Positions 27,461 through 42,223 of a stretch of DNA of 64,000 bases are shown piece by piece. Within the stretch, counting starts at the first letter, position 1; each line of letters opens with the position of its first letter. A program made the position numbers and the translations under genes. The stretch spans positions 6,510,001-6,574,000 of the forward strand of contig OX597838.1 of assembly GCA_951406725.2 (NCBI GenBank), written 5' to 3'. Origin of the DNA: Octopus vulgaris. Taxonomy: Eukaryota. The notes beneath the pieces are model-generated. The model saw only the letters and a list, made by a program, of their open reading frames with translations, searched no databases and had not been told where the DNA came from.

Positions 27461-30400
27461 AATAACCTTTGCATTTGATTTTTTGATGTCTTTATCCCCA
27501 TACTTTCGTGAGTTGAATTGAGCAAACACTATATGAGAGAGGTTTTCTTTAAGTATTAGAAATAGTTTTAAAAAAGTTTTTTAGCTGATATTTCTAATGA
27601 GTTCAGTATGCGGCAAAGTAATTTATTTTACTAAGCCCTTTTATATAATGTAATAATTTGAATTCGCCTTAAATGGTCCCTTTGCATACTGAACACTTGG
27701 TGAAATTGATTAATAATTAATTAATTTTACCCTCAATTGTTGAAATATATATATATATATATATATATATACAGTGCTGAGTGCATTAAATTCTAATATC
27801 AAAATAATCAAACACTCATATTGGGGCGGGCGGCTCTCAGAATGTTTGTACGCGGAGCAATATGCTTAGCGGCATTTGGTCCTTCTTTTCGTTTTAAGTA
27901 CAAAATCCATTGAATTCGATTGGCATTTCATCATTTGGATGATGATAAAATAAGGAGGATTTGAGCACGGGAATCGGTGCACTCGAATTAGCACCACATA
28001 TGAAATTGCTAGACTTGTACCGAAATTGGGAACTAATATCTTCATCTCATCTTTTGTTTGTTAAATGCTTTATAAAATTTCATATTTATCTGAAAGAAGA
28101 AGAGACTGCAGAAATAATAGGAATGAAAACTGATTTTTTAAATCTATGTAGGCTTTTGAGACTTTCAGCTTTAAGTGTTTTGCGCTTACCGACAATTCCC
28201 TGTTCCTGAATTTGTGAAATTTCATTTATGAAACACATACTTGTATTTGAATGATGGCATATAACATGAGGCTTCGGTATAAGAATTGTTATAAATAAAT
28301 GTATTAATAAAATATTGAATTATGAATTATATTCACCACAAGGAGAAAAATGTTAAGAAATGTCATTGGGTTCGTATTAAGGATTTTTTCATATTATACT
28401 AAAGTTAAACTTAGAATATTTAAATATTGGCGAAGGTAATATGGTGCGAAAAATATTGTTGTGAATGGCAGGATAAATGGATGTAATTTAGAGAAACGGC
28501 AAAAGTAATGCATACATATTTACTGTATTTATGACGATCACGCAAGTTTCATTACCGAAATGCAATCCAACATTTTACTGTGATCGCATTCACATGATTA
28601 TGAATAATAATAATAATAATAATATCCATTGTTATGAGAGTACAATGCTAGAAGTATACGCTGAACGTGAGCTATTAATTTTCTACGAGTGTATATGCGA
28701 GAATTAAAGCAAATGTTTTGAAGATCATGAGGTTTTCTTGTTTCTTTTCTTATTTTTTTTTCTATTTGTGCGCATAATCTCCTTTTAAGAGGGAAATATT
28801 TATACTCCGTGTATTTAGCGTGGACCAGCTGCAAACCGTTCCTTCCGTTTATTCGAGGTTTTCTGTTGCAAATAACATTTCATATGTTTCTGCAATACAT
28901 AAATGGTGAGGTTATTTTTTTTTATTGCCGGGAAAGTTCAAGCCCTGTTTATGATCCGTTGCTGTAGATTATATAGTCTTTGTCTATTTCGAAATTCCCT
29001 ATGAAGGAATAATAAAAAAATCCTTACTTCTCCATATGTCATGAAATATGTGGGTATCTTAGTTATAGAGTGTTTAGTTTCGCTGTTGTTTGATTCGACT
29101 CCTATTTGCACGTAAACATGGGCGCACATACACACGTTTGTGTATAAGCGTTTGGGTTTGTGTGCGTAGGTGAATGTGTATGTGTGTATGTGAGTGTGAA
29201 TGTCTGTTAGTGTGTAAGTGTTTGTGATTGTCGGTTTGCGTATGAATTTATTTGTTGCTGATCTGCAGGCTTATATTTCGCATTGATAGTAAAATAATGT
29301 CGAAGGGAGGTCCCAACACACAATGGATCGATCGATAAAAATATATTTTATGCCGTTTTTTCTCCTCAATACGGACTCAAAATTACCATCGGATATATAT
29401 TCACTGTTGCAAATTCTCGCAACGGAACCTTCAATTTTAGGGAAAAAAAAAATCTATTCTATTCTTCATAACCAATCACTTAAATTGATTCACGCCAAGC
29501 TACAATGATCACAACATCGTTGCTAAAATATATGTCACTCAGTAATACTCCAGAATTTTTGCAAACGTTGAAATATTCCATGATAATACACATTACTATA
29601 ATGAAGCTTTTACAGAAAATAAATATCGTTTATAAAAATTACATTTATTATAAGAATACAGCTGCCAAAATATGAAACTAAATGTAATTTGGTACACTTT
29701 TTCCCCGAAACAAGAACTCCGCTATTATACAAATTAATCGTTAAAACACTCTGGAGCATACGGCAAAATGTTCGCAAAGTATTCGTTGAATTTGCTGTAT
29801 TCAATTACGGCAAAAATCGCTAAAATTTTTGGCATCCTTATTATCTAAAAAGAAACCAAAAAAAAATAAAAACAACCGTTTAAATCTTTGACTGAATCAA
29901 ACATTACTTTTATTTTCCATAATCATATAAATTGGTTCATTGTATTTAAATGTTAATGGAAAGTTATATTAACGTATAATAAGGCCTAAAAATAAACAAG
30001 CGTATCTGTAGGACACGTACCCTCTTAAAAACGTATTTTCTATGGTTAACATACATGGAAATTTGTAACATTATTAGATGTTACAACGTTTTATTGTTCT
30101 CAAACATATAAACCTTGGAAAGTTGGCAGACAAAATTGTGTACCAAATAGATCCATGGAACCGCAATTATTTAGGGCAACCACCCTTTTGGCACTTGAGC
30201 CGTATGCCTAATCCCCCATCTCAATAACCACCACAAATATTGACCCTTCAGGCAAATTCAAAATAGTTGTTTCACAATTAAACTATTTAACCCATTATTT
30301 TGTTGTATTTACATCCACTGGCCCCTTCATTTTACCACTTTTTTTTGACGTTCCTCGTCTTTCCGACGTCCACTTTGGGAACCACACAAAGAGAGAGTCT

Positions 30401-30504
30401 TCAGCTGATCAAAATAATAACATTGTAACGTAAGACATTGTGCGCACAAAAGAAACATATGCAACACAATTTACCCAAACCCTTCTCAGAAATATATATA
30501 TATA

Positions 30505-30885
30505 CTAGCAGTATCGCCCGGCGTTGCTCAGGTTTGTAAGGGAAATAACTATAAAGCATTTTTAGAGAGTTATAGCCAAAAAATAGCAATAAAATGGAAC
30601 AAAATGATGGTAAATTTTTTTTTTAGTTAAAAAAGGTGGAGTTGCCTCCCCTAGACAGTTTGCGGTTTGTGTTTTTGATTCTCGACCCCATGTCGAATTT
30701 ATCGATTTTTTTCAGAACTGGGGGAACTTTTCAAAATTTTCGCTGCGTTAGTTTTGAATTATGACATTGGGCTATGTGTGTGTCAAGTTTCATCAGAATC
30801 GGTTGAAAGCCGTGGTCATGGTGAGGGTACAAGCAAACAGACACACAGAAACACGCACAGACAAACTGCCGTTTATATAGAGAGA
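30505..30885 (-). mobile_element. Non-autonomous Helitron
   Basis: Minus strand starts A|TCTCTCTATATAAAC and ends with hairpin CCTGAGCAACGCCGGG, then ...TACTG-CTAG|T. Classic TC...CTRR termini at an A|T site without TSD. Confidence 0.8.
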
Positions 30886-31389
30886 TATATATAGATTTAT
30901 ATACACAGGACAAATTAAAAAGCATGAAGAAATTTAGAACCGCACATAACCTTAGTTCTCACATATTATGAACACTATACAGCATATAGTTTCTCACACA
31001 CGTTTCTAGGACGCAAACAGAATGCATCAAACACATGTTGATTCAAACACTCATCAATCATATACTAGACGTATATTTTCAGTGAACTAGTTATGCATTC
31101 ATATATACATTTATGTGTCGCGTTCACAACACATACCAACATCAATTTCGCCATTGCTGAAATATAATTATATTTTTAATATAATATTTAAAAGTCATAT
31201 AACATGTTTTATCTTCAAGTCTCAAACTTAATAGAATATAATTCATATCTTCAAATTCTCTTAATACCATAATGATGCAGTTTCTTATCTTTCAGGTTTC
31301 ATTTTATTAGTCACCAAAGAGATAATGCAGTGGCAATATTAACAAATACTGTATCGATCGGAAGAAAAAAACAAAATTTTGGTTTCAAG

Positions 31390-31580
31390 ACCAGAAATTT
31401 CGTGAGTGGGGGTAAGTCAATTATTTCGACCCCGGTGTTTAATTAGTATTAATTTAATTAATACTGAAAGGTTGAAAGGCAAAGTTAATTTCGGCGGGAT
31501 TTATTATGAGAATGTAAATACAAACAGAACATCGCTAAGCATTTTCTCCGGCGGGCAAAACATTCTGTCAGCTCGCTGCA
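31390..31580 (-). mobile_element. SINE family B, decayed
   Basis: GAAAGGTTGAAAGGCAAAGTTAATTTCGGCGGGATTT...GCTAAGCATTT...CTGTCAGCTCGC. Confidence 0.65.
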
Positions 31581-32103
31581 TAATACAAACAAAATATTCA
31601 CATTAAAAAAAGAATATATTCACCAGGGAACCCACCACCGGTGATGGTAACTTGGAACCTATTTCTGTTTAAGGCAGTATTTTTGAAACAGAATTTATGG
31701 AACTACCGTGGGGGAATATTTAAATTCCGATTTGAGCGAAATTAAGTAACAAGTAAATAAAAGTTGGAATGAATATTTAAGTATATATATATATATATAT
31801 ATATACAGAAAGGACGAATGTTAGATTAGACCTCACTCAAATTTGTACTCGGAACGTTAAGAGTGACGAAATTCCTCGAAGCATCTTGCCAGCTCTTCTA
31901 TCGATGCTGCCAAATCACTGCCTTTCTCTGTAGTATTACCATATTAACACGTTTTGGCGTGATTATGAATATCGTTGCTTATGTTGAGTCACGATACTTT
32001 AGCTTTCCAAATCGAGTAAATGAGCGGCGAGTATACGAAAATCAAAATAAAGGCTGAAAACTTTACACTCCTCAAGAAATTATAAAATACATAACTACAT
32101 ATA

Positions 32104-32493
32104 CAGGAGTGGCTGTGTGGTAAGTAGCTTGCTAACCAGCCACATGGTTCCGGGTTCAGTCCCACTGCGTGGCATCTTGGGCAAGTGTTTTCTACTACAG
32201 CCCCGGGCCGACCAATGCCTTGTGAGTGGATTTGGTAGACGGAAACTGAAAAGAAGCCCATCGTATATATGCATATATATATAAGTGTGTGTATATGTTT
32301 GTCCCCCTAGCATTGCTTGACAACCGATGCTGGTATGTTCACGTCCCCGTCACTTAGCGGTTCGGCAAAAGGCACCGATAGAATAAGTACTGAGCTTACA
32401 AAAGAATAAGTCCCGGGGTCGATTTGCTCGACTAAATGCGGTGCTCCAGCATGGCCGCAGTCAAATGACTGAAACAAGTAAAAGAGTAAAGAG
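32104..32493 (+). mobile_element. SINE family A, full-length young copy
   Basis: CAGGAGTGGCTGTGTGGTAAG (A box) ... GGTTCAGTCCC (B box) ... CTTGGGCAAG ... tail TGACTGAAACAAGTAAAAGAGTAAAGAGTA. Confidence 0.9.
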
Positions 32494-33394
32494 TAATATA
32501 TATATATACGTGTGTGCGTGTCGCATTTCTGTCAGATACAGAATGTTAATATTACGTAGCCATATGTGTGTGTTGCTGTGTCTCGGTATCTGAGTGTGTA
32601 AATACATATATACATATATATACATACAGGCATTCACATATATAGTCACTTTATATTATCAATTATTGAATATTATATATTCAACATGCTTTAAATCTAT
32701 ACTGTTCATTATGTCCACACTTTAATTCGGTTTGAAAACATAATTATATATTTCTTGTTAAACGTGCAAAGATTTTGAGTAATTAAAACGCAACAAATTA
32801 CAACAGTCATTCTTTAAATTATTGCGGAATTGTACCAGTATTGTCTTCTAATTAATTAGTAGGAAGTTTTAATATTAATTATATGTTTTTACTTTTGTTT
32901 TGTGTATGTCTGTACGCATTGAACTTAGTCTTATTTCATCCTCTTTTTTATTCTTCGTTTCGTTAGTTCTGTCGTCCAATTTGTCTCTTTTCCTGTCTGG
33001 CTGTCTCTATTTTTCTCCTTGCTTTTTACTCGCAGTAGCGGAACATTAGCTATTCTTTGTCGTTACTCGATCTACTGTAAATTGCAGTTAAATTTCCCAA
33101 CAATTCAAACTTAGATACGAACGATATTACATAAGGGGCTTTACATTTCACAGTATCAAAGATAGAAAAAGAACTTGTTATGGTCTGAAGTATTTTTGAA
33201 ATGGTAAGGTGTTAGCAAATGTCAAATGCATGTGTTTAAGCAGAACCGTATATTCGACGCATGAAAACATTGCATGACTCCATAGTTTCTCATCTGCTAA
33301 AGATTAGTACACAAACCACCAGAACTAACCTCTCGGTCGTAATAGAAATTTACACTAATTCACAGAGGTTATTTACTATATCTTTGAAACAAAT

Positions 33395-33745
33395 ACCCAT
33401 TTCTTTACTACCCACAAGGGGCTAAATCCAGAGGAGACATAAAAGGACAGACAAACGGATTAAGTTGATTATATCGACCCCGGTGCGTAACTGGTACTTA
33501 ATTTCTCGACCTATTTCTTTATTACCCACAAGGGGCTAAACACAGAGGGGACAAACAAGGACAGACATAGGTATTAAGTCGATTATATCGACTCCAGTGC
33601 GTAACTGGTACTTATTTAATCGACCTCGAAAGGATGAAAGGCAAAGTCGACCTCGGCGGAATTTGAACTCAGCACGTAGCGGCAGACGAAATACAGTCTA
33701 GCATTTCGCCGGCGTTCTAACGTCCCTGCTAGCTCACCGCCTTCT
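33395..33745 (-). mobile_element. SINE family B with a tandemly duplicated 3' module
   Basis: Head GAAGGCGGTGAGCTAGCAG...GAGTTCAAATTCC on the minus strand; module TTTCTTTA.TACCCACAAGGGGCTAAA...GTAACTGGTACTTA present twice (~33400 and ~33514). Confidence 0.85.
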
Positions 33746-33964
33746 TTGAAACAAATACCATGAAATAATTGCAGTCGCGGTCGCTCTATTGACAAATCAT
33801 TCACGCGAGATATTGCAAGGATCTCGATTCTTTCAATGCAAATATATGAATACATTTAGCATCAATGTGTACGTTTTGGTTATCTAGTCCCTAGATTTTG
33901 GCTACTTGAACAACAGAATGGAGGTATATACCACAGCTTATACTTCAGGAATTCCCTTTTTTTA

Positions 33965-34137
33965 ATTGTTTCAATCATGTGACTGCGGCCATTAGTCGAG
34001 CACCGCCTTTAGTCGAGCAAATCGACCCTTGGACTTATTCTTTGTAAGCCTGGTACTTATTCTATCGGTCTCTTTTACAGGACCTAAACACCCCAGCATC
34101 GGTTGTCAAGAGATGTTGGACAAACACAGACACAGAT

Positions 34138-34227
<90 letters not shown>

Positions 34228-34390
34228 GACGGTCTTCTTTCAGATTCCGTCTACCAAATCCACTGACAAGTTTTTGGTCGACTCGACTCTATAGTAGAAT
34301 ACACTTGCCCAAGGTGACACGCAGTGGGACTGAACCCGGAACCATGTGTTTCGTAAGCAAGCTACTTACCACACAGCCACTCCTACGCCT
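33965..34390 (-). mobile_element. SINE family A, full length
   Basis: Reverse-complement match to 32104-32493. Confidence 0.85.
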
Positions 34391-34801
34391 TTGTGTCCGT
34401 AGAATTTATAAAATGAATGAGATTTAAAATGTGAAACTCAAGAGACTAGTCACTCAAAACTAGTACGATCGATCACTCCATTATGCAGTTGTCATGCACC
34501 ATAGGTACAGATGCTTCTAGTCAGGTGACCTTTCTAAAATTACCTCGTTTTATACTTGCCGTTTCTCTTACAATACATTTTGGTTAGAAGAGCATGCTAC
34601 CCGTCTCCAAACGGAAATGATGTATAATGAAAAATTCATTCTCATATAAGCAATGGATATATTTTTGAATATTTGTAAAATTATACGTGTGTATAGTTCT
34701 ACCGAAAATTACAATTTTTCTGAATTTTCAGATTTTTCTATATCCTAGGCTATTGGTTTTAAATTGATATTAATTAAATTAAAATGCAACTTGTCACCCA
34801 C

Positions 34802-35026
<225 letters not shown>

Positions 35027-35030
35027 AAAC

Positions 35031-35086
<56 letters not shown>

Positions 35087-35361
35087 GAGGTTACAATCAT
35101 TAAAATAATTATATCAGTTGCAAAGATATAAAAAAAATGACCATAGGCGTAAAACTAATATAATAAAAAATTATAATTATAAACAAGGGCGCTGGAATGA
35201 CACCGCCTATACGCTAAATGCATACGTTAAATGTCAACATTCGACTCTAAATTTGTTCTCTATGTAAAATTAGAAGACAAATTTACAGTGGATTTTAGGC
35301 ATTCCGGGATCCTGAATAATAATTATATTTTGACAATTATCTACTTAAACTAAACAAATAA

Positions 35362-35835
<474 letters not shown>

Positions 35836-36347
35836 TCATGACGGGGATTCACGCAATTGATTTTCCCCATAACTATCACGAGGAAGAGAATAAACACAAT
35901 CTAGCTTTAAATATAATAGCTGAAAAAGCGCAGAATGAAAGAAGCGAAAATCCCATAATGATTATAAATCGAATTGCTTACCAATATCATTGTGCTTGCA
36001 CGCTTAGCTTAAGTAAAAATATTTGCATATACTTTTTACAACAGGTGTCAATTCTAACTAGCTTGTTGTGTGCCGTTTTTGCAACATTCTGGATGCTTCA
36101 GATATTAAAAGAAAAGAATCAACTGGCGTGTGTGTGTACTGCGTAACTGTTATTGCAATTCTTTGCTTTTTTTCTTGATTTTGTTTTTTTTTTTTGTCCT
36201 TTCTTTTTCGTGTTGTTTTTGATCTTGTGTTATCACTTCACCCCCGTCAGCTGTTATTATGTTCTGAGATAACATTTTTCTTAAGAATGACATTGAAATG
36301 GAGCACAAATAAATGAACTAAAAAAAATTACTAACAAAAGAATAACC

Positions 36348-36408
<61 letters not shown>

Positions 36409-36814
36409 AGAGAAGCAAAACAGAAATAGCACAGAAAAAAATCTTAATACAAACTCATAAATAAATTAAGCTAAAAATACATCAGAAATTAAAACTAAAG
36501 AATGCAACAAGGAAATAATCGCACTCACACACACACACGCACACGCGCGCGCGCGCGCGTTTATATACACATACGCACACACACGAAGACATATACAGGC
36601 AAACTCATGCACGACCATATGTGAATATACATATAAACGCACACTGACAGATACACACGCGTACCAAAAAAGACGGTTCTAATTAATTATTGATTAAAAC
36701 GTAGCCAAAAGATTCTTGGAAAAATCACGATCAACAGAACACAGCAGAGAATGAGTATTGTGAAGCGACAAAGACAGAGTACTGGGAGTTGATATACAAG
36801 GAAGAAATACGTTA

Positions 36815-36860
36815 GGAGAAGGAGAAGGAGAAGTAGAAGAAGAAGAAGAAGAAGAAGAAG

Positions 36861-36892
<32 letters not shown>

Positions 36893-36916
36893 GAAGAAGA
36901 AGTAGAAGAAGAAGAA

Positions 36917-36947
<31 letters not shown>

Positions 36948-37026
36948 AAGAAGAAGAAGAAGAAGAAGAAGAAGAAGAAGAAGAAGAAGAAGAAGAAGAA
37001 GAAGAAGAAGAAGAAGAAGAAGAAGA
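36815..37026. repeat. (GAA)n array
   Basis: Seen directly. Confidence 0.95.
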
Positions 37027-37231
37027 GGAGCTATTGAATTGAGAAGAATGTAAACGAAAGGAAAATAGTATGTAAAAAAAAATGGAGGAAAGCAAAGAAA
37101 TCAACTCGATCGCTGAATCTCACGCATGATGTCTTTCATTTGACTCGAGTGTAACTACTACAATTAACTTAATTTCATGCTAGTTTTATTGGGTTACTTG
37201 CTTGCTAGCAGCTAGCGACAGCAAAGCGAGT

Positions 37232-37292
<61 letters not shown>

Positions 37293-37455
37293 GTACATAT
37301 ATATATGCATACATACATACATACATTTATATATATATATATATATATAGATATATGTATATATTTATATATAAATATGTAAACGTGTGTTTCTCAGTGT
37401 ATATAAGTACGTATACATGTGTGTGTTTGTGTCTATGTCTATGTGAGAGTGAGTA

Positions 37456-37526
<71 letters not shown>

Positions 37527-37598
37527 AAAGTGTGTTTCTGAGTGTATATAAGTATGTATACATATGTGCATGCCTGTGTCTATTTGAGAGTTAGTATG

Positions 37599-37630
<32 letters not shown>

Positions 37631-38364
37631 AGATAAGTGCACGTGAGTTTGTAAGTATGTGTGTGTATGTGTTTGTATCCGTATTTCTTACGAAGTTTAT
37701 CGGTATAAATTGATGCACACACACTCAACGAACACTCGCACACACACACACGCATATATACGATCATACGCTGCTTCGGCAGATATATGTGTGTGTACGT
37801 GTGTATGCTCGCTGCATTTTGTGTATTTGTATACGTCATCATTAACCAAAAAGTTGTCTACATAATTGGCGTGCGTATATAATTAACAGGTGGATTCTTA
37901 TTTGCGTTCTCCAATCTTTCAGCGAGTGTAATTTTCTTGGGCATTATTCGCTTGACTGTGCGCGTTCATAATTCGAGGTAAGATGAGCGAGGTTATTAAC
38001 GGCAAAACGATGATAATGATGAAGACGATGAGGATGCTGACAACGATGACGACCACTACAACGATGACAGCTAAAGTGATAACAATGATTATGAAAGCGA
38101 TGAAGGGTATTGATTCTCCTAATGCAGGTGAGTGATGCCATAACAAATGAAGAAACATTAAAAAAAATTGTTTGGGATGATAACCACAACGATGATTACG
38201 AATGCGATGACGATAATGAAGATGATGTAGATGCGGGCGGATGGTAATGAAGAGGACAACGGCCCACGGTTTATGATGAACAGGATTATTGTGGAGGTAA
38301 GGAAGGTGGGTAGCGCCTCTCCTTGAGCAGCTGTAATAATGAGGTGATAAACGAAGTCGAAAAA

Positions 38365-38853
38365 ATGATGATGATGATGATGAAGATGGTGGTGATGATG
38401 ATTATGACGATGACAACGACGACACAGGTGCTGCTGCTGCTACGTCTGCTACGATGGTGATGATGATGATGATAATGATGATGATGATGATGATCATGAT
38501 GGTGGTGGTGGTAGTGATGATGATGATGATGATGAAGATAACGACGACGACTCAGTGCTAATGATGCTGCTGCTACCGCTGTAGATGATGACGATAGTGG
38601 TGATGGTGGTGGTGGTGGTGGTGGTGGTGGTGGTGGTGATGGTGGTGGTGGTGGTGGTGGTGGTGATGGTGATGGTGGTGGTGGTGGTGGTGGTGGTGGT
38701 GGTGGTGGTGGTGGTGATGATGAGCATGATTGTGATGATGATCATGGTTAATGATAAATAATAATGATTAATGCTGAATGATGGCGATTGACGATAACGA
38801 AGATAATGATGATGATGGTGATCTCGATTAAGATGATGGTAACGATGATGAGC

Positions 38854-38925
<72 letters not shown>

Positions 38926-38928
38926 AAC

Positions 38929-39027
<99 letters not shown>

Positions 39028-39185
39028 AACGATGATGATGATGATGATGATGATGATTATGATGATGATGATGGTGGTGACGATGATGATGATGGTGACG
39101 GTGATGATGACGGCGAGGACGACGACGACGACGATGATGATGATGATGATGATGATGATGGTGACGATGATGATGGTGACGAGGT
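38365..39185. repeat. (GAT)n/(GGT)n compound array
   Basis: Seen directly. Confidence 0.95.
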
Positions 39186-39794
39186 GCCTGTTGATGGTCA
39201 TAGTGGTAACTATGCACGCTATCTATGGCTGTGGTGAAGCATACAATGCGATTGAGTAATAATAATAAAGGAAACTTGCGACAATGATATTTAACGATGA
39301 CCCGACAGCAGTGAGCCATGCGAGACCAGTAATTACAATACTGTCAACAGAGACTAGGCTGGTGTGTCTCGCTAATAATAAAAATATTGACGATTAAACG
39401 AACGACGGTGTTAGAAACGAAGAGGGAGAACAGAGGAAGAAAGACACGGAACGTATCGATGAAAGATGACGGAGACGGAGACGAACTTGCGTAGGAGACG
39501 ATCTCTATAGAAATAAATGTAGAAAAGATAGCGTTAAAAATTAATATATTATGATAATAAATATGATCAGAACAGTAACCATTATTTTTGATGCTGTTGT
39601 TAATATTATCATTGATAATAGTATTCTTGTTGATAATATTGATTTAAAATTTTTGACACAAGGTCAGAAAATGAAGGAACAAGACCGTCACGTCGATCCC
39701 AGGATTCAGGTAGGGCTAATTTTATTGACCCCGAAGGGGAGGAAAGGCAGAGGGGATCCCGGTGGAAGGTTATTCTTAATATTGTCTTTAACAA

Positions 39795-40250
39795 GAAAGG
39801 AGATCTGGCAGAATCGTTAACACGTCGGTCGAAATGCTTAGCGATGTTTCGTATGCCGCTACGTTCTGAGTTCAAATTCCGCCGAGGTCGACTTTGACTT
39901 TCATCCTTTCGGGGTCGATTATATATGTACCAGTTACGCACTAGGGTCGATATAACCGACTTAATACGTTTCTGTCATTGTTTGTCCTCTCTATGTTTAA
40001 CCCCTTGTGGGTAGTAAAGAAATAAGTATTTCGTATGCCGTTACGTTCTGAGTTCGAATTCCACCGAGGTCGACTTTGCCTTTCATCCTTTCGGGGTCGA
40101 TTATATATGTACCGGTTACGCACTAGGGTCGATATAATCGTAGTAAAGAAATAAGTATTTCGTATGCCGTTACGTTGAGTTCAAATCTACCGAGATCGAC
40201 TTGGCTTTTAATCTTTTCGGGGTTACGCACTGGGGTCGATGTAATCGTCT
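39795..40250 (+). mobile_element. SINE family B, head-to-tail multimer
   Basis: Unit TTTCGTATGCCG.TACGTT(CT)GAGTTC.AAT.C..CGAG.TCGACTT occurs three times (~39847, ~40029, ~40158). Confidence 0.85.
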
Positions 40251-40304
40251 TCATCCATTTGATTAACATTATTTTTGGTCCTCATGTTGCTACTACTACT
40301 GCTG

Positions 40305-40356
<52 letters not shown>

Positions 40357-40357
40357 A

Positions 40358-40402
<45 letters not shown>

Positions 40403-40416
40403 GCTGCTGCTGCTGC

Positions 40417-40462
<46 letters not shown>

Positions 40463-40667
40463 GTTAAGGGAGAATTGTAAGAGTGCCGTACAAAATAGTG
40501 GCATTTCATCCGTCTTCACGTACTGATTACAAATTCCGCCGATGTAATTGTGCCTCTTCATCCTTTCGGACTCGGTTAAATAAGTCCCTTCTCAAACATG
40601 GGATCAATCTGATGGACATGCCTATAATACTAAAATTGCTCCCTCTTTATCATCATCATCATCATCG

Positions 40668-40752
<85 letters not shown>

Positions 40753-40814
40753 TATCATCATCATCATCATCATCATCATCATCTTTATCTACGTTTCCGG
40801 TCTTAAATCAATTT

Positions 40815-41150
40815 TAGTCTTTTCCTTACATTTTCCACACTCTTGCCACAGAGCCTGCAGTTCTGGGTATCATAACTTTCATAGATGTTATACTTCACTG
40901 ACGTGGTAGCAAGAGCCTGGACTTGTGCAGCAATGATGAGGCTTTCGGTGGTACGCTTCAAATCACTTCGATCAAGCCATGCCCACGATGCTGTATTATC
41001 CTTCTCGGTCTCTGTATTTCTTTCAAACTGCCATGCATTTTCATTTCATGTACTCTGCTTAAATGTCTCAAAATTCTGAAGCCGATGCATTTACGATACA
41101 ACAAATTAGAAATCTTTCAATCGCATAATATACTGAAGTGTTTTACAAAT
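40815..41150 (-). mobile_element. Second R4/Dong-clade retrotransposon fragment
   Basis: Minus-strand translation MHG/QFERNTETEKDNTASWAWLDRSDLKRTTESLIIAAQVQALATTSVKYNIYESYDTQNCRLCGKSVENV. Confidence 0.85.
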
Positions 41151-41654
41151 TAATTTCGTTCTGATTTCCTACCATTTCGAGACATACACACACACAGACA
41201 TGCACATTCGATATTGAACAAGCAATGAAAGGTATGGGCTGTGCCTAGTATTTCGTTTAAATGTGTACCTTTCACTCTGAAGCTTTACAAAGAATTCATT
41301 TTACAAAGAAATTCTTTTGTAAAATAAAAAAAACCCACCTCTCCCTGTCTTTCTCTTCCAGGGTCGCTTTGTATGTATATTATATATGTTCATATGTACA
41401 TGTGCCTGCGCGCATGTTTGTAGGTTTGTGTGAGTGTATGTGCATGCGAGCTTGATTGTGTGCGTTGGTCTATGTGTGTGTGTGTGTGTGTGTGTATGTG
41501 TGTATGTGTGTGTTTGTATTTTACATTTATTGGTAGATTTTATTTCAAAAAATTTTGTAGGCTTTCAGAGCCTTGAAATATAACAGAAACTGGTTGTTTA
41601 TCATTAGTTCTTCCTTCACACATAAGAACACGCGCACACACACACACACACACA

Positions 41655-41696
<42 letters not shown>

Positions 41697-42158
41697 TGCA
41701 CAGAGGTGAGATCGAGAGAGATAAAGAGAGAAACGGTGCTACATAGAAAATCACATGAATGCATAAAAAAATACATTCAGAGACGCATACACACACATTC
41801 GGAAAGCGAAACGGTATAAACGCATACAGCGATGCAAAGACTCACACAAACGCCTACACATCAAGACACACACACAAACATCCAAGAAAACATATATAAA
41901 CATCAATATACATTCCTACCGACTTTCGCCTTAACTGGTCTTTAATTGGAAAAAAACACAAGCATATATATATATATATATATATATATAGTATATAAAT
42001 ACAATATATATATGTATGTACATATATACGTGTATATACATATATATACATATATATATATACATGCATATACATATATATATGTATATATATATATACT
42101 TATACATATACATATACAAACATATAGACATACATACATACATACATATATATATTTA

Positions 42159-42223
<65 letters not shown>

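Larger units (their letters stand above)
27071..27647. repeat. Long inverted repeat (269-bp arms, 39-bp spacer); likely an inverted Penelope-type pseudo-LTR
   Basis: Arm 27071-27339 versus 27379-27647, about 4 mismatches by eye. The mirrored ORFs 27193(+) and 27525(-) confirm the symmetry. Confidence 0.95.

Noticed and set aside
27193-27525. Two mirrored 72-aa ORFs
   Set aside because: By-product of the inverted repeat; non-ATG starts and no recognisable homology.
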